NCBI GenBank assembly: GCA_004431415.1
Contig: QPMI01000647.1
Span: 1 to 64,000, forward strand
Source: Cyanophora paradoxa CCMP329
Taxonomy: Eukaryota > Plantae > Glaucophyta
Reading direction: 5' to 3'
DNA: 64,000 nt
The notes beneath the pieces were generated by a model, which saw only the letters and a list, made by a program, of their open reading frames with translations, was not told the DNA's origin and did no database searches. Positions 1-10,564 of the stretch are shown piece by piece. How positions within the stretch are numbered: the first letter of the stretch is position 1; every line of letters starts with the position of its first letter. Position numbers and translations under genes: made by a program.

Positions 1-867
1 TTCATCTGGGCCATAACGAATTTCGAGTATAAATGAGCACAGGACCTCCATTTAAATCAGCAATTCGCTGCATAAAATCGTAAATCTCAATAGTCACAGA
101 GTAGAGGTCCAGCTTTGAATAAATATACTTGTACAAAGGATGTGCTTCAGTTGAATCATAGTATGCTATCTCGCCTGGACGAAGGACGCTTGGAATGCTC
201 AGCTTCGAGAAGAAGCCAGGTATTGACGTGTTCGGCATACTGACAAGGTCACCAATTTCAGGAATTCGTAGGAGCACATGATCATCAGGAGTGACATCAG
301 GCTCATAAGCGCCTGCTATATATTCAGTATTTATAGATAATGTCTTTGACCGAATCGGTAGAATTGATCTCAGCCCTAGAAGCTTTGCAGTTCGCTGAGC
401 CCTTGCAACGGCCTGGTAGTTTCTGACTTCCCGCCCACCCTGGTTCGTTGGCAACATCAGAGCAATAAAGAACTCGAAGTTAGCTGTGAACCCTATTAAT
501 TTGATCGCTGAATTATACGTGCACGTGATACCTGTTCCGTCAACCTTTCGTTTATCTCTGTCACAAGCGAGGTGACGTCGTAATTTCCAGGTGGAATTGC
601 AATGTTATCCACGCTCCAAATCCGGCCTGAGGTGGGTCGGTCCTTCATTAGTGGGATCATATTTGCACCAATATATATAGTGTTAAAGACTAAATCCTCT
701 GCCGGATCGAGTACATCGATTGTGCTCATAGTGTTGGGGATCTCAGCTGATACCAAGCGCACGGCTTTCACATCCTGATAAACTTTAGGCAGTCTTACTT
801 TAAATTTCGAGGTGGATGTCAGCTCCTCCGCTTGGTGACTTGCAATGCAGACGTAGTCCGTAGGCAT
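1..867 (-). CDS. Minor capsid protein (penton, single jelly-roll), frameshifted; joins ORFs 496..867 and 2..457
   Basis: N-terminus FKVRLPKVYQDVKAVRLVSAEIPNT, IPPGNY motif, DDHVLLRIPE and the C-terminal LYSVTIEIYDFMQRIADLNG all fit PLV/NCLDV minor capsid proteins. One missing G near 537 joins the two ORFs (LT-G-TGITCTYNS...). Confidence 0.8.
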
Positions 868-893
868 CTTTTTATATCAGTTAGAGAATAAAA

Positions 894-1811
894 ATGGTCA
901 AAGACAAGCATCGACGCTGCGCCAGGCTTACCTTTGACAGCAGAGACAGAAGGCCAATCGATTCAGAGGCAAACTTCGTGCTCGAAATCAATGAACCGAT
1001 AATCAATCCAGTTGCTGTTCGACTAACCCAGTGTGAGTTCGCAAACAGCCTTTACACCAGCATTAAAGCTGAGTATCTTTCCATCACCTTTCCCTACCTT
1101 GGAACGCAAAACGTGGAGGTGTTTGAGCCTGGCATAATTACGACTGCAAATCTGGGCGAAACAGATATTTACAACTTTGGCCTATCATTTAATATTGAGC
1201 TAGAAGGGATTTCAATTGCGTATTTTAAACTATTTCGAGACCCAGAGACGCTGAAAATGTCTGCGTATTGCAACCGTTCCTGCACACTGACCTGCCAGTT
1301 CAAAGCCTTATCGAATCTGCTCGGGCTGAACCGAAATGAGCCCCTCCAGCTGTCTCCTATTGTGCTTGAAGGGCCGCAAAGACCAGCAACTGCAGCTGAG
1401 CGGTATCTAGAGGTTGCTGGCATTCCAGTGACACCTGCTCACCCTGAGTACGGCGTGGATTTCACCGGAAGAATGCAGAGTATAGCACTTGGTTACGCCG
1501 TCGAATTTCCAAAGATAATCGACATGAACAGCGACCAGTACCTCTTCCTTGTCTGCGAAGAGCTACGGCCGTTTGCTTCGAAGCTTCGCCGTGGGGCTAA
1601 ATCAATGTGTAATTACGGGCTCGCTCGAATCCAGATGAGCCAGGATGTTGGCAAGTTCGTTTATATAAATCAGGAAAATGACGGCGAGTGGATCCACATC
1701 GAAGAGCGCCTGGTGCTGACCTCTCTGCGACTGCGCATTGTCGACAGAGATGGTGATGACGTCTCTCTGAATGGCCTGCCTTGGTCTGGTGAACTGCAAT
1801 TTCTAGTTTAG
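894..1811 (+). CDS. Minor capsid protein (penton), second paralog
   Basis: LTFDSRDR N-terminal motif, PVAVRLTQCEFANS, DQYLFLVCEEL, ARIQM and the C-terminal LTSLRLRIVDRDGDDVSLNGLPWSGELQF. Confidence 0.85.
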   Translation: MVKDKHRRCARLTFDSRDRRPIDSEANFVLEINEPIINPVAVRLTQCEFANSLYTSIKAEYLSITFPYLGTQNVEVFEPGIITTANLGETDIYNFGLSFNIELEGISIAYFKLFRDPETLKMSAYCNRSCTLTCQFKALSNLLGLNRNEPLQLSPIVLEGPQRPATAAERYLEVAGIPVTPAHPEYGVDFTGRMQSIALGYAVEFPKIIDMNSDQYLFLVCEELRPFASKLRRGAKSMCNYGLARIQMSQDVGKFVYINQENDGEWIHIEERLVLTSLRLRIVDRDGDDVSLNGLPWSGELQFLV

Positions 1812-3283
1812 GTAACGTCCCCGGAAATCAAGCCGGAACGCGTTCACATTTATAAATTCGTTTGTTATAATTTGCACATAGTTATACACCTGTGGGGTGA
1901 TCAAGTGCGAGTCACTATGCATTATATCGAAGCCTGTCATAGATGGGTTTGCAGCAAGCACATTGGCTAGGACCGTATTTTCAAATAGTGACCCGTCTCG
2001 TAAATATCCTAAATTGGTCAGAATGCTGAAATTAAATAGGACTCCGGCGGCAAAGGCTGGCCCATACATAATTATTTGATGTAGCTCAAAAGGCTTAGGA
2101 AACTCGACTTTGATCCAGGGATTAGGTAAAGTGCCCCTTGGAACCCTGTTGAGTTAGGTCGAACGTGAGAAGGTGGGTGCAATTCCTCAAAGTCGTTGCT
2201 TGTGATGTTTGCATCTGGAATTATAAACCAGTTGACATCAAATGGCGGCTCAACTGTTAAGGTAGACGATATGATAAGTCTCTCATCGTTCAGTAGGTCG
2301 TAGTTCGCCAGTAGAAAGCTGCAGAGTGCATTTATTTTAGCATTTATTTCGGTTTGTTTCAGCCATAAATCAGTCGTGGAAATCAAATAAGAAATATTCG
2401 AAGGGGAGGCATCATCAAGCTTGCTCATAACTGCAGCTGGCAGCGGAACACTTAAACGCCAGTATCTAGTTAAATTTCTATCTGCATCAACTGGAAGCAG
2501 CTCCTGCATTTGAAAGTGCGATTCCAGCTCGCTCCCAGCCATTAGCATAGAAATAATTGGGCTGCCTGAGAGGATAAGATCCAGCCCAGGGCGCCCCAGC
2601 CTGACGTCTCCGCATTCGAAAAGCCTGCAGTCAGTTGCTCACTGGCTTGGACCTCACCACAGCTGATGCTCACAAGAACAATTGGATCCTCTGCATCATA
2701 AATTTTGCTGGCGTGGCTTAGCGCTGCAACTGAGGGATTATTTAAACAGGCGATGGCCCCATCAACAAGGTTTTTGTCTCCTAGAACCTTCGGTGGAAAG
2801 AATGTTGGCGCTGCAGAAGATGCTCTAACTGCATCACGAATCAGCGTGCTCGAGTATGGCCCATCTTTGGTGAAAACTACGGGCTGCATCCGAACTGTAT
2901 CAAACGCTGTAATTAATATGTCTTTGGTCGATTCTGCAATTGTGTAGTCTAGGGCAACGTCTGTGAGCACCGACTCCAGAGGGTTTCCATCATAGCGGCT
3001 TCCTGAGAGCAAGCTTGTGAGTGATCTCGGATTTGCGAATATTACAGGTAGGTTCGTTTGATATAAACTGAAGATATCACCTGCAGAATATCGATAAGCG
3101 AGAACAGAGCCTGGAGTTGATGGATAGCCAAACCGGCCGCTATTATTGCCCTGTTGAGGTGCCTGCAAAGAAATCAAACAGCTGTGGAATTGCTTTCCCA
3201 GTAATCGCCTCGATCCGCTGTAGAATTCGGGCAATGACTATGCCACGAGCACCTCCACCTGATAGTGAGAGAATGACCTTCAT
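1803..3283 (-). CDS. Patatin-like phospholipase with C-terminal extension, frameshifted (ORFs 3143..3337, 2542..3234, 2072..2548, probably 1803..2069)
   Basis: LSLSGGGARG oxyanion loop, GTSTG nucleophile elbow, RASSAAPTFFPP and catalytic DGA...NNPS. One missing G after GTSTG (~3150) restores GAIIAAGLA. Whether the distal ORFs belong to the same gene is inferred. Confidence 0.85.
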
Positions 3284-3306
3284 TTTTAAAAGGGGCTTAT
3301 ATAAAA

Positions 3307-6300
3307 ATGTCCTACATCTTGAAGAAGCCAGTACCACTTCGTAAAGCTCCAGATTTTGTGGATGATCGCATATAAATATTCGCGTATTTGGGAGTACTCT
3401 AATTGACTACAATGCTGACAAAGATATACACCAGACTGAGTTTAATCGCCCAGCTGCATTAATTCTGCGCAACGCACATGTTGGCGCCCAGATATTGCAC
3501 AGAGATTTTGTCTGGGTCCAGCTGAGAATTATGTTGCTGAAATAATCGGATCCAGGGCGTTGCCGCGGCACCTGCGAATTGCCTCCTCAGGCACAGTTTC
3601 CAAATATGATTCTGGTAGATTAATCTTTAGGCTCCAAAATGATAGAGGGGTCCACACATCAGCTCTACGTCTAATTGATGAATCCAATGCTGTCACAAAC
3701 AAGACTGCGGCTCACATTACAGGGCGAATTCTCCTTGGCGAAGAGTCGCAGACAAGCCGAAGGCAAGGAGCACTTGTGCTCCGCACAGCGACGCTGCGCC
3801 TGCTGGAATATCAGTGCTAGCATCGCAAATCCAGCGTTTCCCTGGATCTACTTTTTACAGCTGCACGAGAAGCGAATATTTTATACGGTTTTGATGTAAA
3901 TCAAATCGATACTGAGCCAGCACCAGGTTAGATATTCCTGGATGCACCTTGGGCTCTATCCTGATTGAAGCTGACAGGCACCTGCTCCCTGCGTTGCATG
4001 ACAGCTACGATCTAGGGCTCCGCACCAGGCAGTGGCGAAATATTCATGGAACAAATATTTATCAGGATGGTAAGAAGGTTAGCACTGAAGAGGAGGTGAT
4101 CAACATTTTCAACTACTACTTCGGACCTATTGTCCCTATACCACCTATACCACCTCTTCCAGGGCTACCGAAGCCGCCAACCCCGGACGGCCCAGGTCGA
4201 GAGCGAGTTGCTGATGAAACAGTTCCTTTCGTCAACATATTGTCAGTTGGGAGCAAGTTCGCAATAAACCTATCTTCGAACCGAAAAGCAAATAGATGAA
4301 CAGTATTTACCTCCTGAAATCGATATATTAGAGCTTGAAGAATACCAATTGTCCCAGATGAGGAAGAGTATTTACCTGACGGTTTCGACCCGCAAGAGTA
4401 TGAATATGATCAATATGACCCCAATGAGGAAGAGTATTTACCCGATGGTTTAGATCCACAAGAGTATGAGTATGAACAGAACTATGAACCCCACGAGGAT
4501 TATTTAGCAGATGGCCTCGAGCCTCCTGCTGTTGAGTATGCGCAGCCTTATGAACACCATGAGGAATTATTGCCAGATGGTTTACAACCTGAGATTTTTG
4601 AGATGTACCTTGACTGGGAGCAGATCAACAATAAACCCGCGAGATATCCACCAGAGGATCACAACCATGACTGGGATGAGATCTTAGGTAAACCTGAAAA
4701 ATATCCACCTGAAGATCACAGGCATGATTGGGGCGATATTGATGGAATACCACCTGAGTTTCCGCCGGAAGACCATTTACATATTTGGAGCGAAATACGA
4801 GAGCAGCCCACTTTTGCATCAGCAGGTAATGTTTTACTAGGAGATATTAACAATGGGGTAAGTCTCTACCAAAATATAGACACACCAGAAAGATTACAAT
4901 TAAATGATTACTATGTGAATCGCAAAGGAATCGATGCAGGCACCACAATGGAAGGCGAATTATACATTAGACCCCTACAAGAAATGGAATATTGGGACTT
5001 GGTGTGGTATTGAAATTAAAGACACCAAACCAGGTATCTATCTTACCAGCTACTATGCAGATGACATCCCAATGACAGGAGGATTGATCTCTCTACCATC
5101 TGATCCAGCAAACTATGATGATAAAAACGCAGCAATCCAAATTAATGTTACTGATGTGAGTGATTTAGATTCATCAAGACCGAAATTAATATTCAGCAGA
5201 GAGAGATTGTTACCAGATGCACTTTTGGGGAACCGAGATGACTATAAACAATGCGAGGTTGCATGGATTAAAACGAATTATAATGGTGGAGTTGGTGAGG
5301 GAGTTTTAGAAATTAATCAGAGGGCAGCAGCAAAGAATATTCACAATGAGACCATATCAAGAGTGGTAACAGAGGATTATCTGAGAGACAATGGAGCAAC
5401 AATCATCGCAGGAATTGCTGTGGAGGGTGCTTACCTTCCTCTCACTGGTGGAACTGTCACAGGTGATGTTCATGCTCCGAATTTCCTTGTTGATACTCCA
5501 AATGCTCAGACATTTCCTGTTGTTCACCCAGGTGCTGAATATATATTAGATGCAAACACTCCAATTAGTAGAGTCGAATTACCAACGAATTTCACCTTTA
5601 ATCTTGTAGATGTGTTCCCAAACAGCCATAATCTCATGTATTTCTCTTCTGAGAATTACCTTTCAGGTGCATTTTCGCCCATTGAACTCTCCATACCAAA
5701 GCAAAAGGTGAGCTACAAAGAACTCACAGATGTCCCGGCAGGATTTAGTGGTAAATGGACTGATATTACGGAGAAGCCAACTTGGAGTAGTGTAGCATTC
5801 ACAGGTGATTACTATGATTTATCAAGAATTCCCGATTTCACCACTTATATACCTCGTTGGATTGATCAAAGTGTAATTATATCAGAATCTACACTCCCTT
5901 TCAATGGGACATGGATAGACTATTTACTAAACCGAATTTGCATGCTGTGGCTACAAGTGGTGACTACAATGATTTAACTAACACCCCTACTGCACCGACC
6001 TTGCATGCTGTGGCTACAAGTGGAAACTATAATGATCTCGTTAATACACCAAACTTGCATGCTGTGGCTACAAGCGGGAACTATGACGATTTAATTAACA
6101 CACCCACTTCGCCACCTACTCACAATCACAGCATAGAGTTGCTTACGAATTTCGGTAATTATGTGAATGCAAATGCATATGTGCAACAGGGGACAGCGAA
6201 TGTAGTCATTCCTGCCGGAGTCTATTACAAAGGGGATTTTACCACAGTATCGGGAACCGTTACATTTTCTAACCCATATAATAGTGATCCAATAGTTAAT

Positions 6301-6534
6301 GCTACTCTCGAAAATGATATTATCTTAACAAGTGTCAATTTTACAAACAGCATATATATCTCCGCTGAATTTGTGAGTGGGAACCGTGTTGGTTTCAAAA
6401 ATAAATTCACTTGGATTGCTATATTTACTTGTTACTCGGACATCAATTATACGAATGTGCCCCAAAACGAAAGAACCCTTAAACTCCATTGGATTGCTGT
6501 CGGACCTCTCCAAAACAATAATATTCTCACGTAA
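3307..6534 (+). CDS. Large mosaic tail-fibre-like structural protein (~1,000 aa), broken by several frameshifts; may be two genes
   Basis: Near-continuous coding across ORF fragments. Motifs: LLPALHDSYDLG..RQWRNI, 4x acidic EEYLPDG repeats, 3x PPEDHxHxW, YLPLTGGTVTGDV, 3x LHAVATSG(D/N)YxDL and a C-terminal GTVTFSNPY...LHWIAVG lectin-like head. Confidence 0.7.
4355..4800 (+). repeat. Coding repeats: 4x ~21-aa acidic EEYLPDGxxPxxYEY followed by 3x ~18-aa PPEDHxHxWxxI
   Basis: Direct in-frame translation of 4358-4800. Confidence 0.85.
5938..6105 (+). repeat. 3x coding repeat TTGCATGCTGTGGCTACAAG... (LHAVATSGxYxDLxNTP)
   Basis: Near-identical copies start at 5938, 6001 and 6055. Confidence 0.9.
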
Positions 6535-6554
6535 TTATAAAGAGCAATTTAAAG

Positions 6555-7508
6555 ATGACAACTGTATTCACGCCTGTGTTTTCTTTGAGTGCAAGTGCTG
6601 TCCACAATGTCCAACACACTGTTTATGATTTATCTCCAAGCCACCCTTCGACTGAGACAGCGAAAACCGATTCTTTTAATGACCAAAGCATACTCAGAGT
6701 CAAAGAACTCCGAGCTGACAAGGCTGATGGAGTCGTTAAAGCTACTCAAATGATCGTATCTAATCGACCCGCAATCTCTTCGGGGCTGGTCACCAAAGAA
6801 AATCTATATGAAGGTCAACAGGATTCCAAAACGGCTTTTAATCCGGCTGATAGGAATTCGGCGGCTTTTCAAGTTTACAGTGGTGGGGCATGGATTGGGA
6901 CTGGACTGAGTGTGAATGGGACAGTGACAGCGACTTCTTATGGGGCTGTGAGTGCAACCACTGGACGTTTTCAGGTCTCTTGACAGGAAATGGTGGAGTG
7001 AAAACAACTTCTGTCGATTCAGGAGCAGATTCTGATATAGTTTTGAAGCGAAATAATACAACGATAGCCACCATCACAACTTCTGGTCTCAGTTTGGCGG
7101 ATACTAAATATTTGAAGGCTAATTTTACCCATCATGTCGTGTTTATCATGCAACATCTACTGCTTATACAGCTGGTCAGGTGATCAAATGGGCAAACATT
7201 TACTACAATGTTGGGGATGCTATAATTCAGCTACTGGTATTTTCACATGCCCTGTGGCTGGGATGTATGTTGTATCTTTTGGTGCATATGCTGATTCATC
7301 TACCTGTGATGTTGTGTGTCGACACAACGGTTCATCTACATTTTTAAGTCTTTTGAGTATAAAAACAACTTCAACACAAGGAGGAAGCCCTTGTGCAACA
7401 TTTAAAGCCAATTCGGGCGATTACTTTGATGTTGCTGTGTCCCAAGGGACAGCATCAATTATCGCAAGTCAACAGAGTTTCTGTGTTGCATTAATTTATG
7501 CAGTATAA
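6555..7508 (+). CDS. Fibre paralog 1 with C-terminal C1q/TNF-like head (frameshifted; ORFs 6555..6983, 6890..7183, 7134..7508)
   Basis: N-terminus shares RVKELRADK..GVVK with the two downstream paralogs. C-terminus YNSATGIFTCPVAGMYVVSF...GDYFDV...SFCVALI is a C1q signature. Confidence 0.75.
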
Positions 7509-7529
7509 TAAAATGTTTTGCTATAATAA

Positions 7530-7778
7530 ATGTCGAACATCTACCAAGTGGTTCTAACTGATACTGAAAAACTGGGAATGGAATACTGTGCCTACTCTGT
7601 TCAGGATTGGATCGATAATGCTGCTCATAATCGGGCGAGAATTGCGATTGATGAGATTGTGGACAAAGAAGTTAAATCGTGTATTGCCGCTGGAATTCCG
7701 ATTCCACTCACAAAGGAAGCGATTGTAGAGCAAGCGTTTGCAAGGGGACTGTTCGAAAGGCAAGCGAAATTCCTGTGA
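7530..7778 (+). CDS. Small protein resembling a phage tail-fibre-associated family
   Basis: LTDTEKLGMEY.A.SVQDWIDNAAHNRARIAIDEI resembles small proteins that I recall following C1q fibre genes in aquatic tailed phages (recognition from memory, not searched). Confidence 0.6.
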   Translation: MSNIYQVVLTDTEKLGMEYCAYSVQDWIDNAAHNRARIAIDEIVDKEVKSCIAAGIPIPLTKEAIVEQAFARGLFERQAKFL

Positions 7779-7923
7779 GTGCTCCTATGTAAAGAACTCG
7801 AATTCGAAGAATGAGAGATGGGTTAATTGTTATTTTTCATAGATCATGCATAAGAAAGGCATGTATCTTGCATGTCCTTCTTGAAAGTCGTTTATTTTTC
7901 TTTCCTTCTTAGTAAAAGAAGCA

Positions 7924-8769
7924 ATGGGTGAATATAATCGAGTTCAACTTCCAATATATTCCCTTGGATCCCCTGCTATGCACTTTCGCCAGCATGAAGT
8001 AAATGATGAGGTTCGTGGATTAGAATCCACAGAGAGACCCAATTCCAATGGTAACTCCTTTGATAAGAATTCGATTATTCGAGTTAAAGAACTTCGAGCC
8101 GACAAAAACTCAGGTGTGGTTAAAACAACTCGACTTCTTGTGACTAATGCCAACTTCTTTCAACCTACCAATGGAGGCCCTGATGCTTACAGTGTAAATC
8201 TGAAAGCTCTTGATTTCGATAAAAACACTGCTGCTGCTACAATTCGTTCAGGCGGTGCTTTTATTGGTGGAGGTTGCCGTGTATCCGGTCAACTCTCTTC
8301 ATCTGTTTCGTTTAATGATGTCCCTGATACTCTCGATCAAAATGTAGAGAATCCACAGCGTATTAGATTATATACACCTGTTGCACAGCAACCATTTGTT
8401 CAATTTTACGTAGGTTATACAGTTACACTTGCAACCTCTGAACTAATTGAAGGAACCAAAAGAGTAATGAGAGGTCTCGCCATTCCAAACGCCATGCTCT
8501 CTTTATGTAGAGCCAACAACAACCAGCCAGGTCACAGGTACTATTTCAGTGTGCAGGGATATGATCATTTCGGCACAGGCTTCTGTGTTTATAACAATAA
8601 TTTCACTTACGATTTGTTTGTTACAGACATTGGCAAATATACTATAACAATTATCGGTTTGAGAACAGATATAGCAGCTGTTTCAGTTCTCAGAGGTGTT
8701 ACTCCTGATACTCTTTCAGTATCAGGGTTTTACCAGGAACCAGATGTGATCGATGACCCCACTCCCTAA
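7924..8769 (+). CDS. Fibre paralog 2 (conserved N-terminus, variable C-terminal head)
   Basis: SLGSPAMHFRQH...IRVKELRADKNSGVVKTTRLLVTNANF...GGAFIGGGCRVSG. Confidence 0.7.
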   Translation: MGEYNRVQLPIYSLGSPAMHFRQHEVNDEVRGLESTERPNSNGNSFDKNSIIRVKELRADKNSGVVKTTRLLVTNANFFQPTNGGPDAYSVNLKALDFDKNTAAATIRSGGAFIGGGCRVSGQLSSSVSFNDVPDTLDQNVENPQRIRLYTPVAQQPFVQFYVGYTVTLATSELIEGTKRVMRGLAIPNAMLSLCRANNNQPGHRYYFSVQGYDHFGTGFCVYNNNFTYDLFVTDIGKYTITIIGLRTDIAAVSVLRGVTPDTLSVSGFYQEPDVIDDPTP

Positions 8770-8793
8770 AATATATATATATGTTTAATATAA

Positions 8794-9627
8794 ATGGCTG
8801 AACCACCTCCAATTGAGCGTATTGTTACAGCACAGCTTTCATTAGCTGCACCAGCTAACCACGTTCTGCAGCATGCTACTTTCGATGATGTAGAAGGTCT
8901 GCAATCAACAGAGGTTCAACCTACGATGAACACCTTCGGTTCCACCCATAAACTGAGATTGCAGGAACTCAGGTGCGATAAAAATAATGGTATAGTTAAG
9001 ACCACGAAATTACTTGTAACTAATGCGAATTTTAGTGCCCATTATGGTGATCCAGACAGTTATGGCGCCCCTCTTTCGACTTATTCTTTCGAGTCTAGGT
9101 CAGGAGCTATTAACTGCAAGACGGGGGGAGCATATATTGGTGATGGTTTGCGGGTTGGTGGAGCTGTTGGTGCTCCTCTCTTTGTTAATGATCAACCAAA
9201 CCCTATTGATCCTAACACGAGAATTCGAACCTATTTGCCAAGTATGAATGCACCATATATTATAAAGATCTTCCCAATCGTTGTTAATGAGCAGACATCA
9301 GTAGTTGATTCTCTTGTGGAAATTGGTGACCACTACAAGGTGGTTGTTGATATCCCTCCAGACGTCTACGCTGTTTGTCAAGTAGAGGGTGGAACCCCAA
9401 ACATTGCTGTGGTGATTACTCCATATGATAATTTCGGGATCGCTTATCATGGTGTAAATTTCGGCCTTGAAGACTACCAGTTCTTGGTGAGAGCTACAAA
9501 ATTCGGTATTTATAAATGCATTCTCTATGCAGAAAGAACCGATGCTATCGCAAGGCAGAATACCTATGCGGAGTACTACGGCACTAATAGGTACTTCCCC
9601 ATTTTCGGACAGGATACTGCCCCGTAG
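8794..9627 (+). CDS. Fibre paralog 3 (conserved N-terminus, variable C-terminal head)
   Basis: SLAAPANHVLQH...LRLQELRCDKNNGIVKTTKLLVTNANF...GGAYIGDGLRVGG. Confidence 0.7.
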   Translation: MAEPPPIERIVTAQLSLAAPANHVLQHATFDDVEGLQSTEVQPTMNTFGSTHKLRLQELRCDKNNGIVKTTKLLVTNANFSAHYGDPDSYGAPLSTYSFESRSGAINCKTGGAYIGDGLRVGGAVGAPLFVNDQPNPIDPNTRIRTYLPSMNAPYIIKIFPIVVNEQTSVVDSLVEIGDHYKVVVDIPPDVYAVCQVEGGTPNIAVVITPYDNFGIAYHGVNFGLEDYQFLVRATKFGIYKCILYAERTDAIARQNTYAEYYGTNRYFPIFGQDTAP

Positions 9628-9644
9628 AGAATATCCCTAATTAT

Positions 9645-9905
9645 TTGCCGAGACCTCTGATAATGGCCTCATGTCTTGCAGGAGTGTTTGAGTTGCTGCG
9701 TCACTTCCATTCGCATGCTCGCCTACAGTCGCATTGTTGTACAGCGGATTTAGATCTTTCTTTTGGAGGTGATCATGACAGCAACAGCGCCAACCGTGAA
9801 GCTGAACTCGAAGCTCTTCAGCACGTAGAAGATCCAGCACCGCCCGGTGTGCACTACCAGAGGGCCGCTCCGTCAATAATGTACCATCTATATCAGGATG
9901 CTTGA
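9645..9905 (+). CDS. Small hypothetical viral protein
   Basis: Fills the gap in the same orientation as the fibre cluster. Hydrophobic N-terminus and SHCC motif. The true start is probably the ATG at 9663. Confidence 0.4.
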   Translation: MPRPLIMASCLAGVFELLRHFHSHARLQSHCCTADLDLSFGGDHDSNSANREAELEALQHVEDPAPPGVHYQRAAPSIMYHLYQDA

Positions 9906-10000
9906 AGGCTCGCTGAGGTGGCCTCGACATCATTTTGTTTGCTTTTGAAAAAAAGAAACAGGGACAGCCAGCCGTTTCAAACACATAGATAGCTTTTTAT

Positions 10001-10564
10001 TTACGCCCTGTTTTCAATTGGGAAATTAAGACGTAGAAAAGGCCAGTCTGCCTCTGCAGTGTGCTCAAGTAGATACTGATCTCGAGCTCTGGCTGCTTCC
10101 TCCGCTGTGGAGAAGCATCCAACATCGATTGTTTTTCTATTTTTGCCAATGGTAGCAACCCATCTGCTTTTCGATCTGTTGTAACTCACTCCAAGGAATC
10201 CGCTGGTGTTATTCGAATTCTTGTCTCGATGCATTCGGTGCTGCTGTTTTGTTACGAACTTTAGATTATCTCTGCGACAATCCAGTTTATCCCCGCTGAC
10301 ACAGAGGATGCTATGATCTGCAGGAGCTTTCCCCTTCACCAGATCTCTAAATTTCTTATGCCATCTCTCTTCAGGGTGGAATGCTACTGGATAGCCATTC
10401 GAGTCTATGTAGAACCTCAGACCAGAGAATTTCTCCTCGTCATCTTTCGAGATTAGCACTGAGTGCACTGTGTTTGGTGTCTTCACCTGAATTGCAGAGT
10501 CCATGTATCTTCCTTTCGATAATATAAGAGATTGTGTTCTCTTTATGTCATACACACCTTTCAT
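10001..10564 (-). CDS. HNH-AP2 domain protein (nuclease motif degenerate)
   Basis: GDKLDCRRDNL (HNH remnant) followed by NNTSGFLGVSYNRSKSRWVATI...VGCFSTAEEAARARD (AP2 domain). Confidence 0.85.
   Translation of the reverse strand: MKGVYDIKRTQSLILSKGRYMDSAIQVKTPNTVHSVLISKDDEEKFSGLRFYIDSNGYPVAFHPEERWHKKFRDLVKGKAPADHSILCVSGDKLDCRRDNLKFVTKQQHRMHRDKNSNNTSGFLGVSYNRSKSRWVATIGKNRKTIDVGCFSTAEEAARARDQYLLEHTAEADWPFLRLNFPIENRA

Noticed and set aside
6555-9627. Diversity-generating retroelement or invertase shufflon acting on the fibres
   Set aside because: No reverse transcriptase, template/variable repeat pair, recombinase or inverted crossover sites are visible in the window; all paralogs are full genes in one orientation.
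3307-10564. Bacterial prophage or contaminant contig
   Set aside because: The fibre genes are contiguous with eukaryotic-virus penton genes, no terminase/portal/tail-tube genes or consistent Shine-Dalgarno motifs were seen, and the flanks are intron-rich eukaryotic DNA.
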